Source: Methylophaga sp.
Lineage (GTDB): Bacteria; Pseudomonadota; Gammaproteobacteria; Nitrosococcales; Methylophagaceae
NCBI GenBank assembly: GCA_011053005.1
Contig: DRHW01000016.1
Span: 39,851 to 103,850 of the forward strand
DNA length: 64,000 nucleotides
Direction: 5' to 3'
This document shows positions 9,189-19,400 of this stretch, in pieces. The stretch's first letter is position 1; each line of letters opens with the position of its first letter. The notes below the pieces were generated by a model. That model was not told the origin of the DNA. It saw only the letters and a list, made by a program, of their open reading frames with translations, and ran no database searches. A program made the translations under genes and the position numbers.

Positions 9189-10252
9189 TGTTCGTTCCCT
9201 ACTTGTGATCTAACAATTTCTTGAGTGCCTAGTAATACTTCTTTGGCACGTCGACGGAAAGACTCGGCGTAAGCAGCACCTCTAGCACGTAATATTGGAT
9301 CGGCAGTTGCTCTGATGCCATCAGGTAACACTAAGGGATCAAAGTTTTTGTCGGCACATTTTCCGTTTTGTTGAGCTTCCCAGCTTATTATATTCAGCGT
9401 GCCAGCAGTGACCTTTTCTCGTTCATCTGGCCATGGTATCGTTGGGTTATTTTCATCGTCTTGGGCATTAGCTAATGTAAATACCAAATCAAATTTGATG
9501 GTGTTATTTTTTAATATCTTGCTGAGTTGAATTTGCAATGCATCAGCTGAATCAACATCAAGTTTTGGCAAACTTTCTTTAGTGGCTTGAGGAACGGCAA
9601 CCCAGCGAACAGCCTGTTTATGGCCAGATTTGTCGATAAGATAAAAGGCATTAATGCTGTGATATTGTTCAGTAGCAAAGCTATTAGTTGGAACATAATT
9701 CGCTTTCCAATCATTAAATGCCTTACTTTCCGGGTGCTCTTTAAAAAAGGCTTTAATTTTTTCGGGATCTGGTTTTTTCGTTATTGGGTCGGGCGATAAA
9801 GCCTGTATTTGTTCGAAAAAATCATATGGATTTGTAACCGCCATTACCGGCGGCGTATTCATCGCAACTCGCCATTCTTGATTGGTATCATTATTTAATA
9901 CAAAGGCTAAGCTTCGAACAGGTGCTTTGAGATCGGGTGCCGTTGGATTACTGCCCGCTATAGAAAATCGACCTATAAAGGGTGAGATTCGCTTTTCAAA
10001 TAATGTAGCTGATGAGTATGAAGCAAGATTGCCATTGGACTCAAAGTCACCAAAGATACAGATTCCTTTTGCATGTGCTCTACGAAAGCCAGCATGTGTA
10101 TTATCACCTTGTTGTAAGTTAACAAATTGTTGTGCAGTTAGTTTTTGTGGAGAAAACTTGCCTGCTAGAAACAATATCGTAATTACAACAACCGTCATAA
10201 TAATAGTCAGTAATAATATTCTTGCTAGCTTAGAATTCTGAAATTTTTTCAT
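9185..10252 (-). CDS. Catalase-related (mini-catalase) haem protein with N-terminal membrane anchor
   Basis: 355 aa. It has the distal-His motif FRRAHAKGICIFG and a proximal Tyr region RARGAAYAESFRRR. The N-terminal hydrophobic segment is ILLLTIIMTVVVITILFLAG. It is much shorter than a monofunctional catalase. Confidence 0.75.
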   Translation of the reverse strand: MKKFQNSKLARILLLTIIMTVVVITILFLAGKFSPQKLTAQQFVNLQQGDNTHAGFRRAHAKGICIFGDFESNGNLASYSSATLFEKRISPFIGRFSIAGSNPTAPDLKAPVRSLAFVLNNDTNQEWRVAMNTPPVMAVTNPYDFFEQIQALSPDPITKKPDPEKIKAFFKEHPESKAFNDWKANYVPTNSFATEQYHSINAFYLIDKSGHKQAVRWVAVPQATKESLPKLDVDSADALQIQLSKILKNNTIKFDLVFTLANAQDDENNPTIPWPDEREKVTAGTLNIISWEAQQNGKCADKNFDPLVLPDGIRATADPILRARGAAYAESFRRRAKEVLLGTQEIVRSQVGNEQ

Positions 10253-10575
10253 TATTGTCTCCTGACTGATGATGTTTATATCTAGTCAGTTATAGAATGT
10301 GAATAAAGCAAAGTATTGCCAGTCTATTCGACTAGTGATGACAAATTACTGAAGTGTTGTTGCATTATATCTAGCTTAGACTTAGTGTGTTCAATTCAAA
10401 CTAATTAAATTATTCAACTATTAATTTTGGCGATATTTAATTATGATAGTTTGGTAATTTTTGGGTTTTATCTATCTTGTATTTTTAATATGAAACTAAT
10501 TGTAGTTTGAGCTATCTAAACTATCAATAATGTCATTATCGTCTTCAATATTTCGTAACAAAAAAAGGAAGAACA

Positions 10576-10998
10576 ATGAATATAGTTAAAAAATCACTCG
10601 CGGTTGCCACACTTGCCACATTATTTACCAGCAGTATTGTTTTTGCCAAAGATGTAACCGTTCAGGCAGAAAGTACTAAATTTGTGCCTCTGGTCGTTAA
10701 CATTGAACCGGGTGATACGGTTGATTGGACTAATATGGAGATACACAATGTTAACTTTATGTTTCAACCTGATGGCGCAGAAGATTTTAAGTCTGAAATA
10801 GGTCAAAATATCTCAAGGGTATTTACTAAAGAGGGTATTTATATCTATCAATGTGATCCACATATTGGTTTAGGTATGGGCGGCGCTGTTATTGTTGGTG
10901 AGCCTTCTAACCTTGATGCTCTTAAAGCAGCTAAACTTCAAGGCGGATTAGGCATGGTTGCTAAACGCGCGATTAAATCTGTTGAAAAGAAAAAATAA
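10576..10998 (+). CDS. Pseudoazurin (type-1 blue copper protein)
   Basis: 140 aa with a signal peptide. The candidate copper ligands are HNV...C-D-P-H-I-G-L-G-M, that is C-x2-H-x4-M. It also carries PGDTV and GAEDFKS motifs as in pseudoazurins. Confidence 0.85.
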   Translation: MNIVKKSLAVATLATLFTSSIVFAKDVTVQAESTKFVPLVVNIEPGDTVDWTNMEIHNVNFMFQPDGAEDFKSEIGQNISRVFTKEGIYIYQCDPHIGLGMGGAVIVGEPSNLDALKAAKLQGGLGMVAKRAIKSVEKKK

Positions 10999-11033
10999 TT
11001 ATTTGAACACTCACTGCTAGAAAATCATATTAA

Positions 11034-11070
11034 GCGCTGTCATGAACAACATGACAGCGCTTAATTTTTT
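11034..11070 (+). terminator. Rho-independent terminator after pseudoazurin
   Basis: GCGCTGTCATG-aacaa-CATGACAGCGC forms a perfect 11-bp stem, followed by TTAATTTTTT. Confidence 0.85.
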
Positions 11071-11116
11071 AGTGTTTACAGTCTTAACCCTTTATTGAAT
11101 CGCAAATAAAGTCTCA

Positions 11117-11788
11117 ATGATGAAAAATCTAATGACATTCGACATGTTTGAGCAAGATGGCGTCAACGCCGGTCAAGCTGAATGTTATGAACAAGATGTT
11201 CATGTACTTCGTGGATTCGCTTTGCCTTATGTGCAAGACCTTATGCAAGGTATAAATAAGCAAGTAAAAACGACCTCTCCTTTAAGAAAAATGACAACAC
11301 CAGGCGGTTATAGCATGTCGGTCGCAACCACAAGTTGTGGTCAAAGAGGCTGGATTACATCAGATACCGGATATCAATATGCTGATCGCGATCCCATTAC
11401 AAATCTGCCTTGGCCCGAGATGCCGAAAGCATTTATGTCACTTGCCCAATCGGCAGCCAATAAAGCTGGTTTTCTTAACTTCGTACCCGATAGCTGTTTG
11501 ATTAATGTATATCAAGCTGGTTCTAAAATGTCTTTGCATCAGGACAAAGATGAAGCGGATTTTTCAGCGCCCATCGTTTCTGTTTCATTAGGTATTTCGG
11601 CAACTTTTTTATTGGGTGGATTTGAGCGACAAGATAAATCATCACATATCGCCTTACATCATGGTGATGTAATGGTATGGGGCCGAGCTGATAGATTGCG
11701 TTTTCATGGTATTTTACCTGTCAAAGCAGCCTTACATTCCATTACGCAAGATTGCAGAATTAATCTCACATTTCGTAAAACTCAATAA
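11117..11788 (+). CDS. alkB: Fe(II)/2-oxoglutarate-dependent DNA/RNA alkylation-repair dioxygenase AlkB
   Basis: 223 aa, collinear with E. coli AlkB as I remember it (MTTPGGYSMSVATTSCG, INVYQAGSKMSLHQDKDE, PIVSVSLG, RLRFHGI, INLTFR). No ada gene is adjacent. Confidence 0.9.
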   Translation: MMKNLMTFDMFEQDGVNAGQAECYEQDVHVLRGFALPYVQDLMQGINKQVKTTSPLRKMTTPGGYSMSVATTSCGQRGWITSDTGYQYADRDPITNLPWPEMPKAFMSLAQSAANKAGFLNFVPDSCLINVYQAGSKMSLHQDKDEADFSAPIVSVSLGISATFLLGGFERQDKSSHIALHHGDVMVWGRADRLRFHGILPVKAALHSITQDCRINLTFRKTQ

Positions 11789-11939
11789 CGAAGATTAACT
11801 TCAAATTTGAAATTGATGTCGGCCTGTCAGGCCTGATTTCAGTAACACTGCCTCAATCAACGAATAAATCTGTAACCCCCCTCATTTTTTGCGCAAGCCA
11901 GTTTTCACTGCATTGTTAAATTGGGCTTTTATAGCTATT

Positions 11940-12055
11940 TTGTATGTTTTATTTGTCAATATTACCCATACGATTTAGCTGTTTATTCATAATTGTATGT
12001 TTGATTTGCATACAAAATAGTTCAGGAATAGCATCTACCTCAATATTGTATGTTT
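11940..12055 (+). promoter_or_regulatory. Three TTGTATGTTT boxes spaced exactly 53 bp apart (candidate MocR operator)
   Basis: The boxes lie at 11940..11949, 11993..12002 and 12046..12055. The middle box forms the inverted repeat TTGTATG-N9-CATACAA with 12009..12015. Confidence 0.4.
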
Positions 12056-12073
12056 ATTAGAGGCCGTTTATCG

Positions 12074-13459
12074 ATGTGGAACCCTAGAATTCAGCACGAT
12101 TCAAAACTAAAATACCTAGGTATTGTGGACGCGATAGAAAGTGATATTAAAAACCGTCTAGTTCGTCCCGGCGATAAGTTACCAGCACAGCGTGCCATTG
12201 CAGAACTATTACAGATTGATTTAACCACTGTTACGCGGGCATTGAATGAAGCGACTAAACGAGGATTAGTTGAAACATTACGTGGCAGTGGTAGTTTTAT
12301 TGCTCAAACGGCATTTTCACTTTACAACATCAGTAGTTTAATTGAAGGTAAAAATATTGATCTGAGCATGAATAACCCGCCGCATCCGAGCCTTATCAAT
12401 TTACAGGATGAAATCGTAAAAGGGCTGACTGAAATCCAAAAAAAGGGTCATTCATTTGATCATTTGAATTATCAAGAAACGGCGGGTAACCCAGCTGATA
12501 GGGAAGCTGGTGCTATGTGGTTAACACAGCGCATACCTGATATCACCAGCGATAAAGTGTTAATTTCTAGCGGTGCACACAGTGCATTATTTTCAATATT
12601 GAGTTATTTAAAACAAACACATCACGTTATTGCTGCACCTGCATTAACCTATCCCGGTTTACGGGCTATAGCTGATCATCTAGGTTTTGGTATTGTCAGT
12701 ATTACCATGGATGAGCAGGGCATCATTCCAGAGTCTTTTGAACAATGTTGTCAGAATCAACAACTAGATATTTTATATCTGATACCTAATATTGATAATC
12801 CTACCACTGCCACAATACCCATTACACGTCGTCAGCAACTCGTTGAAATAGCTGAAAAATATGATGTCATTATTATTGAAGACGATCCTTATTCGCCTTT
12901 TCAAGACGATTTATTAACATCGTTATATAGTCTTGCCTCGCAACGAACCTGGCACATTGCGACCTTATCAAAATGTGTATCGCCAGCACTGCGAGTTGCT
13001 TATATCGTCGCACCTGATTTAGAGCAAGCTTTATCGCTAACTGAAAAGATGCGAATCAGCAATCTAATGGCACCACCTCTAATGACTCTGCTTGCATCGC
13101 ATTGGATATTTAACGGTATGTTGCAACAAATTACCCATGCAATTAAATCTGAAAACAGACTGAGACATGACATTGCAACCGCTATTTTTAATAAGACACT
13201 TTTAACATCAAGTGCCGTTGGGCCACATATTTGGTTGGCATTACCTGCTAATTGGCGCGCCTTAGAATTTGCAGAACATGCTCATCGTTCTGGGATCTCG
13301 ATTGTGCCTTCTTCAGCATTTGTAACTGGCTCCAATAATACTCAGGCGGTACGGATTTCGTTAGGCGGCACTATAGACCGTCAATCGCTAACGGATGCTT
13401 TTAATGTTTTAGCAAGATTAATTCAACGCAAGACAATACGTAGTAAAGCGATTGTTTAA
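12074..13459 (+). CDS. MocR/GabR-type regulator (GntR wHTH fused to a PLP-dependent aminotransferase-like domain)
   Basis: N-terminal wHTH motifs (KLPAQRAIAELLQIDLTTVTRALNEATKRGLVETLRGSGSFIA) are followed by a roughly 350-aa fold-type-I domain (IIIEDDPYSPF, TLSKCVSP with the putative PLP Lys). The ORF track begins at 12050. ATG 12074 is preferred because the third operator box overlaps 12050. Confidence 0.85.
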   Translation: MWNPRIQHDSKLKYLGIVDAIESDIKNRLVRPGDKLPAQRAIAELLQIDLTTVTRALNEATKRGLVETLRGSGSFIAQTAFSLYNISSLIEGKNIDLSMNNPPHPSLINLQDEIVKGLTEIQKKGHSFDHLNYQETAGNPADREAGAMWLTQRIPDITSDKVLISSGAHSALFSILSYLKQTHHVIAAPALTYPGLRAIADHLGFGIVSITMDEQGIIPESFEQCCQNQQLDILYLIPNIDNPTTATIPITRRQQLVEIAEKYDVIIIEDDPYSPFQDDLLTSLYSLASQRTWHIATLSKCVSPALRVAYIVAPDLEQALSLTEKMRISNLMAPPLMTLLASHWIFNGMLQQITHAIKSENRLRHDIATAIFNKTLLTSSAVGPHIWLALPANWRALEFAEHAHRSGISIVPSSAFVTGSNNTQAVRISLGGTIDRQSLTDAFNVLARLIQRKTIRSKAIV

Positions 13460-13505
13460 AAACATCTCACCTGAAATGATTAGTAAAAATAGGATTGAAT
13501 AAATC

Positions 13506-14930
13506 GTGAAATACAAAACCTTAGATATACCGATTAAAGTTGAAATCTACGATGAGCTTTCCGAGTGGGAAGTAAATTTAGGATCAGAAAATAAGATCAC
13601 GGCCAGACGAATGTCAGGGCGATTTAGAAATTTAAAGTGGTTCGGCATGTCAGTTTGGTTATTTTACTTTTTAGTACCGTATCTACGATGGGATGGTTCG
13701 CAAGCTATTTTGTTTGATTTACCGAAACAAGAGTTTAATTTCTTCAATATTAGTCTTTATCCACAAGATATTTGGATGTTGTCATTAACCTTGCTTTTTT
13801 TAGCTATATTGTTGGCGGCGGTAACCAGTGTTGCTGGTAGAGTGTTTTGTGGCTACTTTTGTTTTCAAACAGTATGGACCGATATCTTCACGCTTATCGA
13901 AGGGAAGTTAGAAGGTAATACACCTCAAAAAGCACATGAATTTAAGATGTCAGCTTGGTCTGTTCCTAAAGTCAGCAAAAAACTGACTAAACATATAATT
14001 TGGATCGCGATTTCATGTTTAACAGGTATTACATTTTCAGCGTGGTTTATGGATGCTTATGAGTTATGGCATCAAGTTATCCATTTATCAGCACCTAAAC
14101 CTGTATGGATCGCACTGATTATTTTTGGCTTATTCACCTATTGGTTTGCTGGTTTTATGCGTGAGCAAGTCTGTTTTTGGTTATGTCCATACGCACGATT
14201 ACAAGGTGTAATGTACGATCAAGATACCGTATTACCCGCCTACGATGCAGAGCGTGGTGAACCTAGAGGCAAGTTAAATAAAAACCGTCAGCCTACTGAT
14301 ACGCAAGGTAGTTGTATTGATTGCAAAGTATGTGTTGCTGTTTGCCCTACGGGTATTGATATTCGAAAAGGGCAACAAGAGGGCTGCATAACCTGTGGTT
14401 TGTGTATTGATGCCTGCGATAGCATTATGGACAAAATAGAGCAACCGCGTGGCCTGATTAGATATGCGTCCTATAAAGAATTACTGCAGGGCGTAAATAC
14501 AACACCGTGGTATTTACGGGTTAGATTTATGTTGTACGCTGTAATTATGCTGGCATCTTTAGGGGGGATTACTTATGGGTTTACTCATCTTTCATCGACA
14601 GAGTTTAGTGTATTGCATGAACGTCAACCACTTTATGTTTTATTAAGTGATGGTGCTATTCAAAATAGATACACATTAAAATTATTGAATAAAACCAAAC
14701 AGGCTATGCAGGTACGTTATGAAGTGACAGGTTTATCATTTGCTGAAATGCCTGACTTACCGACAGCATTGACGATTGAACCAGGAAAGATGGCATCTAC
14801 TACGGCTTTTGTAAAAATAGCTGAAAAACATCTTACAGCCGGTTTGCAAGATATTACTTTTGTTGCCCACATTAGTAATGATAATGAACCATCACAGGTT
14901 GAGTACAATAGTGTGTTTATTGCACCTTAG
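13506..14930 (+). CDS. ccoG: Cytochrome c oxidase accessory protein CcoG/FixG (4Fe-4S ferredoxin, membrane)
   Basis: 474 aa with a GTG start. Motifs include GRFRNLKW, CGYFCFQ and CFWLCPYARLQ, plus two ferredoxin clusters CIDCKVCVAVCP and CITCGLCIDACD. Confidence 0.88.
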   Translation: MKYKTLDIPIKVEIYDELSEWEVNLGSENKITARRMSGRFRNLKWFGMSVWLFYFLVPYLRWDGSQAILFDLPKQEFNFFNISLYPQDIWMLSLTLLFLAILLAAVTSVAGRVFCGYFCFQTVWTDIFTLIEGKLEGNTPQKAHEFKMSAWSVPKVSKKLTKHIIWIAISCLTGITFSAWFMDAYELWHQVIHLSAPKPVWIALIIFGLFTYWFAGFMREQVCFWLCPYARLQGVMYDQDTVLPAYDAERGEPRGKLNKNRQPTDTQGSCIDCKVCVAVCPTGIDIRKGQQEGCITCGLCIDACDSIMDKIEQPRGLIRYASYKELLQGVNTTPWYLRVRFMLYAVIMLASLGGITYGFTHLSSTEFSVLHERQPLYVLLSDGAIQNRYTLKLLNKTKQAMQVRYEVTGLSFAEMPDLPTALTIEPGKMASTTAFVKIAEKHLTAGLQDITFVAHISNDNEPSQVEYNSVFIAP

Positions 14931-14983
14931 TTCGATACCATTAAGCCTTATGAAATAGGGCGCTAAACTAAAGATATAAAAAA

Positions 14984-15017
14984 GGCATCACGTTAGTCTC
15001 AACGTGATGCCTTTTTT
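14984..15017. terminator. Bidirectional rho-independent terminator (ccoG / RND operon 1)
   Basis: AAAAAA-GGCATCACGTT-agtctc-AACGTGATGCC-TTTTTT, lying between convergent genes. Confidence 0.85.
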
Positions 15018-15046
15018 GTGGCTAATAACTATCTAATGACGACTCG

Positions 15047-16495
15047 TTATTGAACTTCATCTTTGTTGCTTTGAGCTTTATTTTGATCAACTACCTGCCA
15101 TCCACCACCAAGCGCTTTATAGATAGCGATAAGATTTAAACCTGATGTTATTTCACTGCTTGCTAATGAATCTTCTGTTTCTAATAATGTGCGTTCAGCA
15201 TCTAATACATCTAAGAAATTATCATAACCGCGATCGAAACGTTCTTTCGCCATTTTGGCCGATTCTTGAGCTGAAGCCGCTGCTTTTTGAAGTTCTAAAC
15301 GACGATCTTCTTCATAAGAAAAATCGCTAATCGCTGTTTGCGTTTCTTGCAGTGCACCCAATACCGTTTTTTCATATCGAGCAAGCGCTGCTTGTGAACG
15401 TGCATCTGCCTGATCAATTTGAGCATACAATCTATCGCGATCAAATACTTGCCAGCTAATTGATGGACCAATTGCACCAGCAAGAGCAGAGGTACCAAAA
15501 GTACTCAGATTGGTAGAAATGAAACCTAATGAACCAATAATATTAACTGACGGAAATAAGTCAGCGACTGACAAATTATACTGAGACACAGTAGCAGCAA
15601 GCTGACGTTCAGCATAACGAATGTCAGGACGTCGTTTTAATAAGTCTTCTGTATTACCTACAGCAACCGTCACTGGCAAACTTGGCAATGGTTTTGACTC
15701 TGCTAATTGTGCACGTAAAGCATTTGGCACTTGACCTGTTAATACTGATAACGCATTAATTGCCGTCGTCACTTGTGCTTTAAGCGGCGGTATTGTTGCA
15801 CGGGTGGTGCGAAGCTGAGTTTCTGCACGCGATATATCCAATGCGCTAGAACTTCCAGCATCAAACATATTTTGAGTTAGTTTGAAGGTTTCGCCCTGGT
15901 TTTTAGCATTACGTTCAGCAATATCTAAACGATATTGGGCGCCTCTTAATTCAAAATAAGTACGTGCAACTTCTGCTGATACGGTGACATAAATTTGTTG
16001 TAAATCAGCCTCTACCGATTGTTCTAATGCTTGTTGAGCATCGATACGTGCTGATACACGACCGAATACATCAAGCTCCCATGACGCATCAAAACCTGCT
16101 TGATAATTATCAAATGTACGTTCAACAGGTTGGTTGGGCGAACGTTCTCTTGATGATAAATTACGGCTATAACCACCATTTGCATCGACTGTTGGATAAC
16201 GATCTGAATCTAATGCTCTAGAAATAGATCGTGCTTCAAGTAGATTGGCATAGGCAATTCGGACATCCAGATTGGTTTTTAATGATTGGTCAACTAATGC
16301 AACTAACTGTTTATCATCAAATTCATTCCACCATGCAGCAATCGGTTTTTGTTGTGACGCAAATTTATACATCTCATCATTTGTTAATGACGTTGCCTTT
16401 ACGGGTTCAGGTGTTTTCGGTTGAATATAGTCCCGAAAAGAGGCACATCCCGTCATTGATAAACTGATTAATGAAACTGCTATAACGGTTTTCAT
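15047..16495 (-). CDS. RND efflux outer-membrane factor lipoprotein (NodT/OprN-like)
   Basis: 482 aa with lipobox SLSMTGC. Two OMF repeats; the ending LIAIYKALGGGW is typical of the NodT family. Confidence 0.88.
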   Translation of the reverse strand: MKTVIAVSLISLSMTGCASFRDYIQPKTPEPVKATSLTNDEMYKFASQQKPIAAWWNEFDDKQLVALVDQSLKTNLDVRIAYANLLEARSISRALDSDRYPTVDANGGYSRNLSSRERSPNQPVERTFDNYQAGFDASWELDVFGRVSARIDAQQALEQSVEADLQQIYVTVSAEVARTYFELRGAQYRLDIAERNAKNQGETFKLTQNMFDAGSSSALDISRAETQLRTTRATIPPLKAQVTTAINALSVLTGQVPNALRAQLAESKPLPSLPVTVAVGNTEDLLKRRPDIRYAERQLAATVSQYNLSVADLFPSVNIIGSLGFISTNLSTFGTSALAGAIGPSISWQVFDRDRLYAQIDQADARSQAALARYEKTVLGALQETQTAISDFSYEEDRRLELQKAAASAQESAKMAKERFDRGYDNFLDVLDAERTLLETEDSLASSEITSGLNLIAIYKALGGGWQVVDQNKAQSNKDEVQ

Positions 16496-16497
16496 GT

Positions 16498-19400
16498 TTA
16501 TTTTTCCTCAACAGATACAGCTGTTGTTGCTGGTTTTTTTAGAAGTGATAGTTTTCTACAAAGTACATAAAATACCGGTGTAAAGATAAGGCCAAAGAAC
16601 GTTACCCCAAGCATACCAGAGAATACTGCAACACCGAGTGCTCGTCGCATTTCAGCGCCGGGACCTTCTGCTAATACCATCGGTAAAACACCTAAAATAA
16701 AGGCAAATGAGGTCATCAAAATAGGGCGTAATCGAAGCATTGCTGCTTGAACTGCTGCATCCCAAACTGATAAGCCTGATTTTTCTAAATCATTGGCAAA
16801 CTCAACAATCAAAATGGCATTTTTAGAGGCCAAACCTACCAGCACCACTAAGCCAATTTGCGTCAGGATATTATTATCCATACCGGCTATGTAGACCCCC
16901 GTGATCGCTGACAGCAAACACATGGGGACGATAAGTACGATAGACAATGGTAAAGTCCAACTTTCGTACTGCGCTGCTAATAATAAGAATACAAATACCA
17001 CGGCTAATAAGAATGCAATAACCGCTGTATCACCCGTTGAGCGTTGTTGATAAGCAATTTCTGTCCATTCATAACCAATGCCATCAGGCAATACTTTTTC
17101 TGCAAGTTTTTCCATTGCAAGTAAGGTTTCACCCGAGCTATAACCTGCCGCAGTTGAACCTGTTAAACCAGCAGCAGGGTAGAGGTTGTAATGCGGCACG
17201 CGTGATGGACCAGCCGTATCACGTACTGTTGCAAATGAACCAATTGGCACCATGTCGCCATTATTGCTTCGCACTTTGATACGAAGTGCATCATCAATGG
17301 TAAGACGATCTTCAGCTTCAGCTTGAGCCGTTACCCTAAAGGTTCTTCCCAAATAGTTAAAGTCATTAACAAATGCTGAACCAATAAATACTTCCATGGC
17401 TTCAAATACATTGCCGACAGGCACATCAAGTCGTTCTGCTTTATCACGATCAATATCTAAATAAATTTGTGGATTATTTGTATTGAAGAATGAAAACACA
17501 GAGGTTGCCGATGGAATATCAGGATTATTCGCAGCAGCAGCCATATCATTGGTGGCTTGCTCAAGCACATTTAAGCCACGGCCACCTTTATCTTGTATCA
17601 TCATTTTAAAACCACCAGCACTACCAATACCACGTACCGGAGGCGGCTCAAATATAACAATAGAAGCATTTTTGATTTTAGCAACTTCTGCACGCATTTC
17701 CTGCAAAATGTCTTTGTACTTAATGCCGTTTTCAATGCGACTGTCAAAAGAATCTAAAGGTGTAAAGATGGCGGCAGAATTAGATTGTACGGCACGTGTT
17801 GCACCTGAAAATCCGGTAAAGCCTACCGTCGTTTTTACCCCTTTTATTTTTAATATGTTGTGCGTTACTTCTTGCACGACTTTATCTGTTTCTGACAATG
17901 CAGCGCCTTCAGGAAGCGAGATAGAGACAATAAAGTAACCTTGATCCTGTGCAGGAATAAAGCCCATAGGTACACGATCAAATTGAAAAGCAGTCAAGGT
18001 CATCAAACCTGCATATACGATTAGCATAATGCTCAGCATTCTAATGATCTTACCTACAAACCAGCCATATCGAGTTGATAAACCATCTAGTCCTTTATTA
18101 AAAATGGAGAAGAATGCTCTAAGCGGTGATTTGTACCATTTAATAGGACGAGCATCCGCTTCATGGTCATGCTCTTTCATTAAAATAGCGGCCAAAGCGG
18201 GCGATAATGTCAGGGAGACAAACACTGAAATAATGGTCGCTACCGCTATAGTCAAACCGAATGCTTGGTAGAATTTTCCTGAAAGACCTTCGAGGAATAA
18301 TGTTGGTAAAAATACCGCCACCAATACTAGTCCCATGGCAATAAGTGCTGAGCCGACTTCATCCATCGTTTTTCGAGCGGCTTCTTTAGGTGTCATCCCT
18401 TTACGAAGATTTCGTTCCATATTTTCAACAATAACAATGGCATCATCGACCACGATACCTATCGCGAGCACCAGACCAAATAGGGTCAAGTTGTTTAATG
18501 AAAAGCCCATTGCAGACATGACCGCAAATGTACCAATCAATGAAACAGGAATTGCGATAATTGGAATGATTGCAGCGCGCCATGTTTGTAAAAACACTAA
18601 TATTACGATAACAACTAAAAATACCGCTTCATAAACCGTATGTTTAACCGCGGTTACTGATTGTTCGATAAATTCTGTTGGGTTATAACCAATTTCGTAT
18701 TTAAGACCAGGTGGAAAGTCTTTAGCAATATCTTGCATTTCAGCAATAATCGCTTTTGATGTTGATAAAGCATTTGAACCTGGACGTTGGTAAACAGGTA
18801 CAGCGACAGCAGGATACTCTCCTAGATAACCGCGAGTAACATAATCTTGTGCATCAAGTTCGATACGTGCGATATCTCTAAGGTGGACAATACCGCCATT
18901 TTCACCTCTTTTAACAATGACATTACCAAACTCTTCGGGCGATTTCAGTCGGCCTTGTGTTTGAATAGTGTATTCAAAGTAATTTTGTTTAGGCTGAGGT
19001 GAGCTGTTCAATGTACCACTAGCAACCTGAATATTTTGACCACGTAATGCGGTTAATACATCACCAGCAGCAATATCATAAGATTGTAATAAATCAGGTT
19101 TTAACCATACTCTCATCGCATATTCTGAAGCACCAAAAATACGGGCCTCACCCACACCTTCAATACGACGAATACGATCACGTACATTCAATACCGCATA
19201 GTTACCAATATGTGTTTGATCATAGGTACCGTCTGGCGAGAACATATTAACAACGAGCATTAAATCAGGAGAGTTTTTCTTGGTGGTGACACCTAATCTG
19301 CGAACATCTTCAGGTAACCTAGGCTCTGCAATTGCTACCCGGTTTTGAACCAGTACTTGCGCAGTATCTAAATCAGTACCTAATTTGAATGTAATCGTCA

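Noticed and set aside
17483-17938. 151-aa plus-strand ORF inside the RND-1 permease gene. Similar long antisense ORFs occur at 18335..18634, 20278..20610, 21613..21966, 31525..31995, 32446..32787, 32995..33345, 33439..33813, 43832..44161, 45659..45955, 50053..50337, 7270..7572 and 9882..10241.
   Set aside because: All lie fully inside, and antisense to, genes with strong family signatures. Their low-complexity, Ser/Ile/Ala-rich translations are typical shadow ORFs of membrane-protein genes. None has an RBS or a recognisable motif.
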